Below the pieces are notes generated by a model. The model saw only the letters and a list, made by a program, of their open reading frames with translations. It was not told where the DNA came from and did not search any database. Below, piece by piece: positions 40,695 through 50,609 of a DNA stretch of 64,000 bases. The DNA is from Burkholderiales bacterium. Its GTDB lineage: Bacteria; Pseudomonadota; Gammaproteobacteria; Burkholderiales; SG8-39. Position numbers and translations under genes: made by a program. Location: contig DATHYT010000034.1 in the NCBI GenBank assembly GCA_035459025.1, positions 9,072 through 73,071 of the forward strand. The letters are read 5' to 3'. Numbering within the stretch: position 1 is the stretch's first letter; the number at the start of each line of letters is the position of its first letter.

Positions 40695-41384
40695 ATGCAT
40701 TCCGCCGACCGCGCGTTCATCGCCGAAACCACCGCGAAGATGCTCCTCGAGGTGAAGGCGGTCCTGTTCTCCGAGGGCAAGCCCTTCATCTTCACTTCGG
40801 GCTGGGCCAGCCCGGTGTACATCGACTGCCGCAAGCTCATCTTCTATCCGCGCATCCGCGGCCAGCTGGTGGACTTCGCCGTCGCGACGCTGGCGCGCGA
40901 GGCGGGCTTCGAGCAGTTCGACGTGGTGGCGGGCGGCGAGACCGCCGGCATTCCGTATGCGGCATGGATCGCGGACCGGCTTGGCCTGCCGATGCAGTAC
41001 ATCCGCAAGAAGCCCAAGGGCTTCGGGCGCAACGCGCAGATCGAGGGCGACATCCGCGAGGGCGCGAGGACGCTGCTGGTGGAGGACCTGACCACCGACG
41101 GGCGCTCGAAGATCAATTTCTGCAAGGCGCTGCGCGAGGCGGGCGCGGTCGTCGAGCACGTGTTCGTGAACTTCTACTACGACATCTTCCCGGAATCCAA
41201 GCAGGTGATGCAGGAGCTCGGCGTGCGGCTGCACCACCTCGCGACCTGGTGGGATGTCCTGCAGGTGGTCAAGCAGGGCAACTACCTGACCGGCGCGCAG
41301 GTGGGCGAAGTCGAGAAATTCCTCAACGCGCCGGCCGAGTGGTCCGCCGCGCACGGCGGGGCCTCGAGCATCGCTGCGTCTTGA
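40695..41384 (+). CDS. pyrE: orotate phosphoribosyltransferase
   Basis: [20 protein letters not shown] motif [14 protein letters not shown]. 229 aa, the long Betaproteobacterial type. Confidence 0.9.
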   Translation: MHSADRAFIAETTAKMLLEVKAVLFSEGKPFIFTSGWASPVYIDCRKLIFYPRIRGQLVDFAVATLAREAGFEQFDVVAGGETAGIPYAAWIADRLGLPMQYIRKKPKGFGRNAQIEGDIREGARTLLVEDLTTDGRSKINFCKALREAGAVVEHVFVNFYYDIFPESKQVMQELGVRLHHLATWWDVLQVVKQGNYLTGAQVGEVEKFLNAPAEWSAAHGGASSIAAS

Positions 41385-42157
41385 GGGTCGTCACCCTCAA
41401 CGTCAACGGCATCCGCTCGGCGGCGAAAAAGGGCCTGTACCGTTGGCTCGCCGCGCAGAAGGCCGACGTCGCCTGCCTGCAGGAGATCAAGGCGCACGAC
41501 GGCGATCTGCTCGAGGCGATGCGCGCGCCGCGCGGACTGCGCGGTTTCTTCTCGCATGCCAGGAAGAAGGGCTACGCCGGTGTCGCGCTGTACAGCCGGG
41601 CGCAGCCCGACCGGATCGTCGAAGGCTTCGGCGTGAAGGAGTTTGATGAAGAGGGACGCTGCCTCGAGGCGCGCTTCGGCAAGCTGTCGGTGATCTCGGT
41701 CTACCTGCCCTCGGGTTCCGCGGGGCCGCACCGGCAGGCCTCCAAGTTCCGCTTCCTCGATGCGTTCCTGCCGCACCTGAAGCAACTGCGCAAGAGCGGG
41801 CGCGAGGTGGTGCTGTGCGGCGACTGGAACATCGCGCACAAGGAAATCGACCTGAAGAACTGGCGTTCCAACCGGAAGAACTCGGGCTTCCTGCCCGAAG
41901 AGCGCGCCTGGCTGACGAGAGTGTTCGACGGGCTCGGCTTCGTCGACGTGTTCCGGCGCCTCGATCCCCGGCCCGAGCAGTACACCTGGTGGTCGAACCG
42001 CGGTCAGGCCTGGGCGAAGAACGTCGGCTGGCGCATCGACTACCAGATCGCCACACCGGGCATCGCCGCCAAGGCGACGAAAGCTTCGATCTACAGGCGG
42101 CGCCGCTTCTCGGACCATGCGCCGCTGACGGTCGACTATGTCTGGCCGCTCGCCTAG
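41381..42157 (+). CDS. xthA: exodeoxyribonuclease III
   Basis: The only start preceding the conserved N-terminus is TTG 41381, overlapping the pyrE stop (TTGA). [33 protein letters not shown]. Confidence 0.88.
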   Translation: MRVVTLNVNGIRSAAKKGLYRWLAAQKADVACLQEIKAHDGDLLEAMRAPRGLRGFFSHARKKGYAGVALYSRAQPDRIVEGFGVKEFDEEGRCLEARFGKLSVISVYLPSGSAGPHRQASKFRFLDAFLPHLKQLRKSGREVVLCGDWNIAHKEIDLKNWRSNRKNSGFLPEERAWLTRVFDGLGFVDVFRRLDPRPEQYTWWSNRGQAWAKNVGWRIDYQIATPGIAAKATKASIYRRRRFSDHAPLTVDYVWPLA

Positions 42158-43451
42158 CGCGCTGCGGCCCTACCTCGAGGCCGCACCGCTCGCGGCCCTC
42201 GCTCTCGGCATCTCTTCGGGCTTCGCGTTCGCGATGATCGGCGCGACCCTCGCCACGCGCCTTGCCCAGCACGGCGTCACCAAGAGCGCGGTCACCGCGT
42301 TCGCGCTCACGTTTCTCGCCTACAACCTGAAGTTCCTGTGGGCGCCCGTCGTCGACAATGTGCGCCTGCCGTTGATCGGCCGCTTCGGCCAGCGCCGCAG
42401 CTGGCTGTGGCTGGTCGGCGTGCTGGTGATGGCGGCGGTGGCCTTTCTCGGCGTCGCCGATCCGGAGGAGTCGCTGTTGCTCGTGGCGGTCGCCGCGATC
42501 ACTGTCGGCGTGGCCGGTGCGACTTTCGACATCATCATCGACGCCTATCGCATCGAGCTGCTCGAGCCGCGCCAGCTCGGCGTCGGCTCGGGCATGTCGC
42601 AGTACGGCTGGCGCATCGGCGCCGCCGCGGCGGGCGCGCTGGCGCTGGTCCTCGCCCAGCAGCTCGGTTGGGGCGTGGCGTACGCCGCTTGCGCCGCCTT
42701 CGCGCTCCCGGCGATGCTGGTCGGCGTGGTGATGGGCGAGCCGCGGCGGCACCGCACGCCCGCCGCACCGCGCGGTGCGCTCGAGGCGGTCCGCGCCTAC
42801 TTCAGCCCGCTGCTGGAGTTCCTGCAGCGCCAGGGCGCGCTCGTGGTGCTGCTGTTCGTCCTCATCCACAAGATCGGCGACACGCTTGCCAACCTGACGC
42901 TGCGGCTGCTGTTCGAGAGCCTCGGCTTCACCAACAACGAGATCGCCTTCTACGACGTCGGCATCGGCTTCGCAGCGCTGCTCGCCGGCATCTTCGTCGG
43001 CGGCATCCTGTACGTGCAGCTGGGGATGAAGCGCGCCGTGCTGGCGAGCCTGGTCCTGATGGCGGTGTCGAACTTCAGCTTCGCCGCGCTGGCGGCGGTC
43101 GGTCATACCAACCTCGGCATGGCGGCCGCGGTGGGCTTCGAGAACTTCGCCAGCGGCATCGGCGGCGTGACGGTGGTGGCGTACCTGTCGGCGCTGTGCA
43201 ACCTGCGCTTCACCGCGACCCAGTATGCGCTACTGTCTGCGCTGGCGAGCATCGCCGGGCGCTTCCTCACGGGGACCACGGCCGGCTCGATGATCGAGGC
43301 GATCGGCTACGTGAACTTCTATCTGCTCACCACCGTCGTCGCGTTCCCGGGCGTGATCCTGTTCTGGCTCATGATGCGCTCGGGACTCGCCGACCTGTCG
43401 GTCGGCACCGCCGGCACGGTGGGCGAAGGCGACGCGCGCGGAGGCTCCTGA
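42138..43451 (+). CDS. ampG: AmpG-family muropeptide MFS permease
   Basis: LGISSGFAF, YNLKFLWAPVVD, GQRRSWL. 437 aa with about 12-14 TM helices. Overlaps xthA by 20 nt. Confidence 0.88.
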   Translation: MSGRSPSALRPYLEAAPLAALALGISSGFAFAMIGATLATRLAQHGVTKSAVTAFALTFLAYNLKFLWAPVVDNVRLPLIGRFGQRRSWLWLVGVLVMAAVAFLGVADPEESLLLVAVAAITVGVAGATFDIIIDAYRIELLEPRQLGVGSGMSQYGWRIGAAAAGALALVLAQQLGWGVAYAACAAFALPAMLVGVVMGEPRRHRTPAAPRGALEAVRAYFSPLLEFLQRQGALVVLLFVLIHKIGDTLANLTLRLLFESLGFTNNEIAFYDVGIGFAALLAGIFVGGILYVQLGMKRAVLASLVLMAVSNFSFAALAAVGHTNLGMAAAVGFENFASGIGGVTVVAYLSALCNLRFTATQYALLSALASIAGRFLTGTTAGSMIEAIGYVNFYLLTTVVAFPGVILFWLMMRSGLADLSVGTAGTVGEGDARGGS

Positions 43452-43693
43452 TGCGAAAAGCGCAATGCGGGTTGGGCTGGTTCGGGTCGCTGATCGTGCT
43501 GGCGCTCGCGGTGGGCGCCGGATACTACGTGTACCAGCAGCTGGCCGTCCCCGACGCCTCGCCGAGCTGCGAGGCGGCGCTCAACGGCTGCATCCACAAG
43601 TGCCGACAGACGGCGACCGACGCCACCACGATCCAGGCCTGCCAGCAGGCGTGCCGGGAGGAAGAAACGGTCTGCAAGAGCCTCAGGCGGTGA
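43451..43693 (+). CDS. 80-aa membrane-anchored Cys-rich small protein
   Basis: ATG overlaps the ampG stop (TGATG). TM anchor WFGSLIVLALAVGAGYYVY, then six Cys (SCEAALNGCIHKCRQ...ACQQACREEETVC). Confidence 0.55.
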   Translation: MRKAQCGLGWFGSLIVLALAVGAGYYVYQQLAVPDASPSCEAALNGCIHKCRQTATDATTIQACQQACREEETVCKSLRR

Positions 43694-44261
43694 CGCGGTA
43701 GACGGCCAGGCTGCCGAGCAGGTTCGGCAGCACGCTCACCGGCCGCCCGCGGTGCAGCACCACGCGCTCGCGGATCTTCGCGCCGAGCTTCGCGCACAAG
43801 TCCTCGAAGTCGTGCAGCGTGCACAGGTGCACGTTCGGCGTGTTGTACCACTGGTGCGGCAGCTCGTCGGACACGGGCATCCTTCCCGCGAGCACCTGCA
43901 GCCGCGCCCGCCAGTGGCCGAAGTTAGGGAACGACACGATCGCCTCCTTGCCCACGCGCAGCATCTCGCGGGTGAGGAGCTCGATGCGGTGGATGGTCTG
44001 CAGCGTCTCGGACAGGATGACGTAGTCGAAGGAGCCGCCCTGAAAGAGCGCGAGGCCCGATTCCAGGTCGAGCTGCAGGACGTTGACGTCGTTCTTCAGG
44101 CAGGCGAGCACTTCGGCGTCGTCGATCTCCACGCCGTAGCCGTGCGCCTGGTGCTGCTCCCACAGGTGCCGCAGCAGCGAGCCGTCGCCGCAGCCTAGAT
44201 CGAGCACGCGCGAGCCCGGCGCCACCCACTGCGCGATCGCTTCGAGGTCGGGGCGCGTCAT
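43683..44261 (-). CDS. metW: methionine biosynthesis protein MetW
   Basis: ATG overlaps the metX stop (ATGA). [34 protein letters not shown]. Confidence 0.92.
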   Translation of the reverse strand: MTRPDLEAIAQWVAPGSRVLDLGCGDGSLLRHLWEQHQAHGYGVEIDDAEVLACLKNDVNVLQLDLESGLALFQGGSFDYVILSETLQTIHRIELLTREMLRVGKEAIVSFPNFGHWRARLQVLAGRMPVSDELPHQWYNTPNVHLCTLHDFEDLCAKLGAKIRERVVLHRGRPVSVLPNLLGSLAVYRVTA

Positions 44262-45379
44262 AGGTCGATGCTGTCGAAGTAGGCGGCGAGCGCGCCGTGA
44301 TAGCGCGGGTCCTCGAGCAGGAACGCGTCGTGCCCGCCGGGGGCGTCGAGCTCGAGGTAGGAGACGATGCGCCGGTTGTCGAGCAGCGCTTTCACCATGG
44401 CGCGCGAGCGCGCCGGCGCGAAGCGCCAGTCGGACTTGAACGAGACGACGAGAAACGCCGCCCGGGCACGCTCGAAGGACTTCGCCAGGTCGCCGCCGAA
44501 GTCGCCCGCCGGGTCGTAGTAGTCGAGCGCCTTGGTGATCCGCAGGTAGGTGTTGGCGTCGAAGTACGTCGAGAACTTGTCGCCCTGGTACCGCAGGTAG
44601 CTCTCGATCTCGAAGTCGATGTCGAAGTCGAAGCCGAGCGCGGCGCGGCGCAGCTGGCGCCCGAACTTCTCCATCATCGCGTCGTCCGAGAGGTAGGTGA
44701 TGTGGCCGATCATGCGCGCGATGCGCAGGCCCCGCGCCGGCACCACGCCGTGCTCGTAGTAGTGCCCGCCATGGAAATCGGGGTCGGTGACGATGGCCTG
44801 GCGCGCCACCTCGTTGAAGGCGATGTTCTGCGCCGAGAGCTTGGGCGTCGAGGCGATGACGAGCGAGTGGCCGATCCGCTCGGGGTACGCGAGCGCCCAC
44901 TGCAGCGCCTGCATGGCGCCGAGCGACCCGCCGATCACCGCCGCGAAGCGCTCGATGCCGAGGTGGTCGGCGAGCCGCGCCTGCGCCGCCACCCAGTCCT
45001 CCACCGTGACCACCGGGAAGTCGGCGCCGTAGGGCTTGGCGGTCGCCGGGTTGACCGAGGTCGGGCCGGTGGAGCCGAAGCAGCCGCCGATGTAGTTGTT
45101 GCCGATGACGAAGAAGCGCTCGGTGTCGAGGGGCTTGCCGGGGCCGACGAGGTTGTCCCACCAGCCGACGTTCCCGGGATCATCGGCATAGGTGCCGGCG
45201 ACGTGGTGCGAGGCGTTGAGCGCGTGGCACACGAGCACCGCGTTGGAGCGCGCGGCGTTCAGCGTGCCGTAGGTCTCGTACATGAGCTCGAAGCGCGGGA
45301 TCTGGGCGCCGCTCCTGAACCGGAACGGCTCCTCGAATACCGCGCGCCTCGCCTCTACGATGCCGACCGAGCCGGCCAT
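44258..45379 (-). CDS. metX: homoserine O-acyltransferase MetX (probably the O-succinyl type in this lineage)
   Basis: [24 protein letters not shown] (nucleophile elbow), [16 protein letters not shown] upstream of ATG 45379. Confidence 0.92.
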   Translation of the reverse strand: MAGSVGIVEARRAVFEEPFRFRSGAQIPRFELMYETYGTLNAARSNAVLVCHALNASHHVAGTYADDPGNVGWWDNLVGPGKPLDTERFFVIGNNYIGGCFGSTGPTSVNPATAKPYGADFPVVTVEDWVAAQARLADHLGIERFAAVIGGSLGAMQALQWALAYPERIGHSLVIASTPKLSAQNIAFNEVARQAIVTDPDFHGGHYYEHGVVPARGLRIARMIGHITYLSDDAMMEKFGRQLRRAALGFDFDIDFEIESYLRYQGDKFSTYFDANTYLRITKALDYYDPAGDFGGDLAKSFERARAAFLVVSFKSDWRFAPARSRAMVKALLDNRRIVSYLELDAPGGHDAFLLEDPRYHGALAAYFDSIDL

Positions 45380-45395
45380 CCCGCCTCCCAAACGC

Positions 45396-45432
45396 AAAAA
45401 GCCCGTTCAGCTTTCGCGAGAACGGGCTTTTT
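45396..45432 (-). terminator. bidirectional rho-independent terminator hairpin in the CoA-transferase/metX spacer
   Basis: AAAAA-GCCCGTTC-(11 nt)-GAACGGGC-TTTTT. On the minus strand it lies 69 nt after the CoA-transferase stop and 17 nt before the metX ATG. Confidence 0.65.
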
Positions 45433-45500
45433 CGCCGGTCTCTTTAGCGGCATTTGTAGAGCGCCCGCAAGCTGAACATCAAATCGGCGCTGGGACGCGA

Positions 45501-46694
45501 TTATAGCCGTGCGGCCCCGCTTTTCACCATGGCGTCGATCTGCGCGTCGTCGTAGCCCGCCTCGCGCAGTACCTCGCGCGTGTGCTCGCCGAAGCGCGGT
45601 GCGTGGCGCCGGTAGGCGGGCGCCGTCTCCGACCACTCCGAGGGCACCTTCATCGACAGGAGCGAGCCCTCGCTCGGGTGCTCGACGGGCGTGAAGTAGC
45701 CGATCGCCTCGAGGTGCGGATCGCGCAGGATGTCCTCGAGGCTGTTCATGCGCTGCACCGGGATGTCGGCGGACCCAAGCGCGGCGAGCCACTCGTCGGT
45801 CGTGCGCCGGGCCATCTCGTCGGCGACGAAGCTGTAGACGGCGTCGAAGTTCTGGCTGCGCCCCTCCGCGGAGGCGAAGCGCGGGTCGGCCACCATGTCG
45901 GCGCGCCCGACCATCTCGAAGAACGCCTTCCAGTGCTTGTCGTTGTAGATCAGCGCGCAGACGTAGCCGTCCTTGGTCTCGTAGGGGCGGCGAAAGCGCG
46001 TGAGCATGCGCCGGTAGCCCCCCTCGCCCAGTTGCGGCACGAAGGTGTAGCCGCCCAGGTGCTCGCCGAGCACGGACTGCAGCAGGCTCTCGAACATCGG
46101 CACGTCGACGCGCTGGCCCTTGCCGGTCTTCTCGCGCGCGTAGAGCGCCGCGCTTACCGCGTTCGCCGTGTGCAGGCCCACCGAGCGGTCGGCGATGATC
46201 ACCGGCGTGTAGCGCGGCGACTCGCCGCTCGCCTCGCGCGACAGCCACGGCAGGCCCGCCGCGCCCTGGATCAGATCGTCGTAGGCGGCCTTGGCGGCGT
46301 ACGGGCCGCGCTGGCTGTAGCCGAAGCAGCCGACGTAGATGATGCGGGGGTTCACCGCGCGCACGTCCTCGTAGCCGAGCTTCAGGCGCGCCATCGCCTG
46401 CGGACGGATGTTGTACACGAGCACGTCGGCGGCCTTCGCCAGCGCGAGGCAGGCGTCGCGTCCCTCGGGCCTCTTCAGGTCGAGCACGATGCCGCGCTTG
46501 TTGCGGTTGGCGTTGAGGAAGATGTGCCCCATGCCCTTGGAGCGGAACGGCCAGGCCCAGCGCATGATGTCGCCCTCGGGCGGCTCGACCTTCACCACGT
46601 CGGCGCCGAAGTCGGCGAGGATCTGCGTGGCGTAGGGGCCCATCACCACGGTGGTGAGGTCCAGCACGCGCACGCCATCCAGCGGTCCGGGCAT
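45501..46694 (-). CDS. CaiB/BaiF-family (class III) CoA-transferase
   Basis: GVRVLDLTTVVMGPYATQILADFGADVVKVEPPEGD, catalytic Asp region AAYDDLIQGAAG, C-terminal PRFGEHTREVL. Confidence 0.88.
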   Translation of the reverse strand: MPGPLDGVRVLDLTTVVMGPYATQILADFGADVVKVEPPEGDIMRWAWPFRSKGMGHIFLNANRNKRGIVLDLKRPEGRDACLALAKAADVLVYNIRPQAMARLKLGYEDVRAVNPRIIYVGCFGYSQRGPYAAKAAYDDLIQGAAGLPWLSREASGESPRYTPVIIADRSVGLHTANAVSAALYAREKTGKGQRVDVPMFESLLQSVLGEHLGGYTFVPQLGEGGYRRMLTRFRRPYETKDGYVCALIYNDKHWKAFFEMVGRADMVADPRFASAEGRSQNFDAVYSFVADEMARRTTDEWLAALGSADIPVQRMNSLEDILRDPHLEAIGYFTPVEHPSEGSLLSMKVPSEWSETAPAYRRHAPRFGEHTREVLREAGYDDAQIDAMVKSGAARL

Positions 46695-46706
46695 CGGGGG
46701 CCTTTC

Positions 46707-48431
46707 TCAGGCGTTGAGCTGCGCCAGAAGCTCGCGCGTCTTCGCCGAGTCGGTGGAGCGCAGCACCTTCTGCGCCAGCGGCTCGGCCGCGGCGAGGTCG
46801 GTACGCAGCACGCGCTCCTTGATCGCGAGCAGCTGCGCCGGGTGCATGGAGAAGTTGCGCAACCCGAAGCCGAGCAGCAGGCGCGTGAGCGCAGCATCGC
46901 CCGCCATCTCGCCGCACACCGCCACCGGCGTGCGCGCGCGCGCCGCGGCGTGGATCACCTGCGCCACCAGCTGCAGCACCGCGGGGTGCAGCGGATCGTA
47001 CAGGTGCGCCACCGCGTCGTCGGTGCGGTCGATGGCGAGCGTGTACTGGATCAGGTCGTTGGTGCCGAGCGAGAGGAAATCCAGCCGCTTGATGAACATG
47101 GGCAGCGCGAGCGCCGCCGCCGGAATCTCGATCATGGCGCCCACCTCGACGCCCTTGTCGTAGGGCTGGCGCCGCTCGTCGAGCTGCTGGCGCGCCTGGC
47201 CAATGAGCACCAGGGCCTGGTCGACCTCGTGCGCGTGCGCCACCATCGGAAGCAGGATCCTGACCTTGCCGTGGTGCGAGGCGCGCAGGATGGCGCGCAG
47301 CTGCGCAAGGAAAATGTGCGGCTCGGCGAGGCAGTAGCGGATGGCGCGCAGCCCCAGCGCCGGGTTGGGCATCGCCTCGATGTGGCCCGAAAGCGCCTTG
47401 TCGGCGCCGATATCGAGCGTGCGGATCACCACGGGCTTGCCCGCCATCTTGCGCGCCACCTCGCGGTAGGCCTCGAACTGCTCGTCCTCGCCCGGCAGGT
47501 CCTTGCGGTTCATGAACAGGAACTCGGTACGGAACAGGCCGATGCCCTGCGCCCCCGACTCGTGCACCTTGTCCAGGTCCTGCGGCAGCTCGATGTTGGC
47601 GAAAAGCTCGATCGCCGTGCCGTCGAGCGTGGCCGCCGGCGTGCTCTTCAGGCGCCCGAGCTTCTTCCTCTCCAGCTCGTGCTGCGACTGGCGCAGGCGG
47701 TACTCGGCAAGCACCAGGGGATCGGGGTCCACCACCAGCACGCCCTGGATGCCGTCCACGATCAGGAGCTCGCCCTCGCGGATCATGTGGCGCGCATGGT
47801 GCAGGCCGACCAGCGCCGGGATGTTGAGGCTGCGCGCGAGGATCGCGGTGTGCGAGGTGACGCCGCCGACGTCGGTGACGAAGCCGCCGTACTCGTGGCG
47901 CTTGAACAGCAGCATGTCGGCGGGCGAGAGGTCGTGCGCCACCACGATGAGCTTGTGCTCGTCGCTGAGCTTGGGCGCGAGCGGCGCGCGCTGGCCGATC
48001 AGCGCCTTCAGCACGCGCTCGACCACCTGCTGCACGTCGGCGCCGCGCTCGCGCAGGTAGGCGTCTTCGACCTGCGCGAACTGCTCTTCGAGCGTCTCCA
48101 TCTGCTGCACCAGCGCCCACTCGGCGTTGCAGCGGCGCTCGCGGATGATCTCGCGTGGCGCGTGCGACAGCGAGGAGTCCTCCAGCATCATGCGGTGCAG
48201 GCTGAGGAAGGCGCCGAACTCGGCCGGCGCGTCTGCCGGGATCTGGCTTTCGAGCTGGGCCAGCTCCTGCTTGGCGCGCGCGATGCCGGCGTCGAAGCGG
48301 AAGATCTCGCCCGCCACCGCGTGCGCCGGGACCTGGTAGTGCGCCACTTCGAGGCGTGCCGTGGACACGAGGTGCGCCTGGCCGATGGTGATGCCCGAGG
48401 TGACGCTCGAGCCGTGCAGAACGAAGTTCAC
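46707..48431 (-). CDS. ptsI: phosphoenolpyruvate-protein phosphotransferase (PTS Enzyme I)
   Basis: GTG 48431 lies 4 nt after the HPr stop. GGFVTDVGGVTSHTAILARSL (active His), GLFRTEFLF, SLGTNDLIQYTLA, CGEMAG. Confidence 0.92.
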   Translation of the reverse strand: MNFVLHGSSVTSGITIGQAHLVSTARLEVAHYQVPAHAVAGEIFRFDAGIARAKQELAQLESQIPADAPAEFGAFLSLHRMMLEDSSLSHAPREIIRERRCNAEWALVQQMETLEEQFAQVEDAYLRERGADVQQVVERVLKALIGQRAPLAPKLSDEHKLIVVAHDLSPADMLLFKRHEYGGFVTDVGGVTSHTAILARSLNIPALVGLHHARHMIREGELLIVDGIQGVLVVDPDPLVLAEYRLRQSQHELERKKLGRLKSTPAATLDGTAIELFANIELPQDLDKVHESGAQGIGLFRTEFLFMNRKDLPGEDEQFEAYREVARKMAGKPVVIRTLDIGADKALSGHIEAMPNPALGLRAIRYCLAEPHIFLAQLRAILRASHHGKVRILLPMVAHAHEVDQALVLIGQARQQLDERRQPYDKGVEVGAMIEIPAAALALPMFIKRLDFLSLGTNDLIQYTLAIDRTDDAVAHLYDPLHPAVLQLVAQVIHAAARARTPVAVCGEMAGDAALTRLLLGFGLRNFSMHPAQLLAIKERVLRTDLAAAEPLAQKVLRSTDSAKTRELLAQLNA

Positions 48432-48435
48432 CGTC

Positions 48436-48705
48436 CTACTCCCCCTCGCCGAACTTGCCGGCCACCAGCTCACGGATCGCCGCCAGCGCGGCCTCGGCGT
48501 CCGCGCCTTCGGCTTCCACCGTGAGCGCGGCGCCGCGCCCGGCGGCGAGCATCATGACGCCCATGATGCTCTTCGCGTTGACGCGCCGGCCGTTGCGCGT
48601 CAGCCAGACCTCGGCGGCGAAGCGGCTCGCCACCTGGGTCAGCTTGGCCGACGCGCGCGCGTGCAGCCCGAGCTTGTTGGTGACGGTGAGCTCAGCGCTT
48701 GGCAC
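48436..48705 (-). CDS. ptsH: HPr-family phosphocarrier protein
   Basis: 89 aa with the His15 motif NKLGLHARAS and the Ser46 motif NAKSIMGVM. Confidence 0.92.
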   Translation of the reverse strand: MPSAELTVTNKLGLHARASAKLTQVASRFAAEVWLTRNGRRVNAKSIMGVMMLAAGRGAALTVEAEGADAEAALAAIRELVAGKFGEGE

Positions 48706-49096
48706 CGCAGGAATCCGAGTTCATGTGCACCACGCCTTCGGCGCCGCCCGAGAGGGCGCGCTGCACCAGCGCGGCGAGCGCGGCGCGGCGGCCCGAAAGC
48801 ACGCGCACCAGCATCGGCAGCGACACGCCGGATACGCCCTCCACGCGGCCGTCGGCCAGCAGCCGCGCGGCGACGTTGCAGGGCGTGGCGCCGAACATGT
48901 CGGTGAGCACCAGCAGCCCCTCGCCCGTGTCCAGGCGGGCGGCGAGCGTGCGCGCGCGCGCGAGCACCGCCTCCGGGGCGTCGCCGGGCGCCACGCCGAG
49001 CGCGGCGGCCTGTGCGGGGGCGCCGAGGATCTGCGCGGCGCTGGCGAGCAGCGCCTCGCCGATGGCGCCGTGCGAGATCACCAGGACGCCGATCAC
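48692..49096 (-). CDS. PTS EIIA component, mannose/fructose family (stand-alone, regulatory PTS)
   Basis: GTG 49096 overlaps the gshB stop (GTGA). IGVLVISHGAIGEAL contains the phospho-His. Overlaps the HPr start by 14 nt. Confidence 0.85.
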   Translation of the reverse strand: MIGVLVISHGAIGEALLASAAQILGAPAQAAALGVAPGDAPEAVLARARTLAARLDTGEGLLVLTDMFGATPCNVAARLLADGRVEGVSGVSLPMLVRVLSGRRAALAALVQRALSGGAEGVVHMNSDSCGAKR

Positions 49097-50037
49097 CGCT
49101 CGAGCCTCGCTTCCAGCGCCGCGATGAACACCTCTCCCGCGTCGTAGCCGGTCTGGTCCTGGATCTCGCGAAAGCACGTCGGGCTGGTGACGTTGACCTC
49201 GGTGAGCCAGTCGCCGATCACGTCCAGGCCCGCGAACAGTACGCCGCGCGCGGCGAGCGGCGGGCCCATGATCTCGGCGATCTCCCGGTCGCGCGCCGAC
49301 AGCGGCTGCGCCACCCCCTTGCCGCCCACGGCGAGGTTGCCGCGCGTCTCGCCCGCTTTCGGGATGCGCGCCAGCACGTACGGCGCGGGCTTGCCTTCGA
49401 TGACGATGACGCGCTTGTCGCCGGCGCGGATCTCGGGGATGAAGCGCTGCGCCATCACGCTCTCGGCGCCGTGACGCGCCAGGGTCTCCACGATCACGTT
49501 GCGGTTGGGGTCGTCGCGCCGGACGCGGAAGATGCCCGTGCCGCCCATGCCCGAGAGCGGCTTCAGGATCGTGTCGCGGTGCTCGTCGACGAAGGCGTGC
49601 AGCGCCGCCATGTCGCGCGTGACCAGCGAGGGCACCGTGAGCTGCGCGTACTCGGCGATGGCGAACTTCTCGTTCAGGTCCCTGAGCGCCTGCGGCGCGT
49701 TGTAGACGCGCGCACCCTGGCGCTCGGCCTCCGACAGCAGCCACGTGCTCGCCACGTACTCCATGTCGAACGGCGGGTCCTTGCGCATCAGCACCGCGGC
49801 GAAATCCTTGAGCGCGGCCTCGGCCGTGCCATCGCGGCGAAACCAGTCCTCGTCGTTGTCGGTGAGCGCGATGCGCAGGGCGCGCGCCGTGACCGGGCCG
49901 GCGCGCCAGGCGAGCGAGTCCTGCGTGCAGACGTGCACCTGGTGGCCGCGGCGCTGCGCGGCGCGCATCATGGCCACCGTGGTGTCCTTGTACGCCTTGA
50001 GCTCTTCCGGCGGATCGATGATGAAGAGCAGGTTCAC
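49093..50037 (-). CDS. gshB: glutathione synthetase (ATP-grasp)
   Basis: LLFIIDPPEELKAYKDTT, MRKDPPFD, ILKPLSGMGGTGIF, GDKRVIVIEG, TEVNVTSPT. Confidence 0.93.
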   Translation of the reverse strand: MNLLFIIDPPEELKAYKDTTVAMMRAAQRRGHQVHVCTQDSLAWRAGPVTARALRIALTDNDEDWFRRDGTAEAALKDFAAVLMRKDPPFDMEYVASTWLLSEAERQGARVYNAPQALRDLNEKFAIAEYAQLTVPSLVTRDMAALHAFVDEHRDTILKPLSGMGGTGIFRVRRDDPNRNVIVETLARHGAESVMAQRFIPEIRAGDKRVIVIEGKPAPYVLARIPKAGETRGNLAVGGKGVAQPLSARDREIAEIMGPPLAARGVLFAGLDVIGDWLTEVNVTSPTCFREIQDQTGYDAGEVFIAALEARLER

Positions 50038-50070
50038 GGGCGATGCGCGCCGCCGGCTGGCGCCGGCCGG

Positions 50071-50562
50071 CTACTTCTTGAGGGTCACGCCCGACTTGCT
50101 CGCCATGAACTCGATGGCGCGCGCCAGCTCCGCGTCGGAGGCGTCGGCGACGCCGCCGCGCGGCGGCATGGCGCCCTTGCCGCCGATTACGGTCTTCAAC
50201 ATCTCGGGCAGCCCCTTCTTCGCCAACGTGCCCCAGGCCGCCGCATCGCCGATCTTCGGCGCGTTGGCGACCCCCGGCACGTGGCACGCGCCACAGGCGG
50301 CGTTGACGATCTCCTCGCCGGTGCGGGCCGCGGACGCGGCGGCACCGGCGCCCGTGGCGCCAAGCTCGATCCGGCCGACGGGCTGCAGGCGCTGCGCCAC
50401 GGCCTGCGGCGCGAGCGCTGCGGGATCCACGCCCGATTTGTTCAGAACCAGATTGACCAGCAGCAGGATGCCGATGATCGGCACCAGAAACGCGAGCAGC
50501 ACCACCACGATCAGTTGCTGCGGTGTCTTGATGAAGGAGGAATGCTCTTCGGGCGTACTCAT
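50071..50562 (-). CDS. membrane-anchored c-type cytochrome (cytochrome c5-like)
   Basis: N-terminal TM anchor, haem motif CGACH, distal GAMPPRGG. Confidence 0.85.
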   Translation of the reverse strand: MSTPEEHSSFIKTPQQLIVVVLLAFLVPIIGILLLVNLVLNKSGVDPAALAPQAVAQRLQPVGRIELGATGAGAAASAARTGEEIVNAACGACHVPGVANAPKIGDAAAWGTLAKKGLPEMLKTVIGGKGAMPPRGGVADASDAELARAIEFMASKSGVTLKK

Positions 50563-50609
50563 GCGGCGTGGCCTGCGTGCGTTTATAAAGGTATGATTTT
50601 AGCTTGAAA

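Noticed and set aside
50563-50609. A promoter for tRNA-Arg in the A/T-rich patch GTTTATAAAGGTATGATTTTAGCTTGAAA.
   Set aside because: TATAAA and TATGAT are plausible -10 boxes, but neither has a convincing -35 partner at 16-18 nt. The signal is too ambiguous to annotate as a feature.
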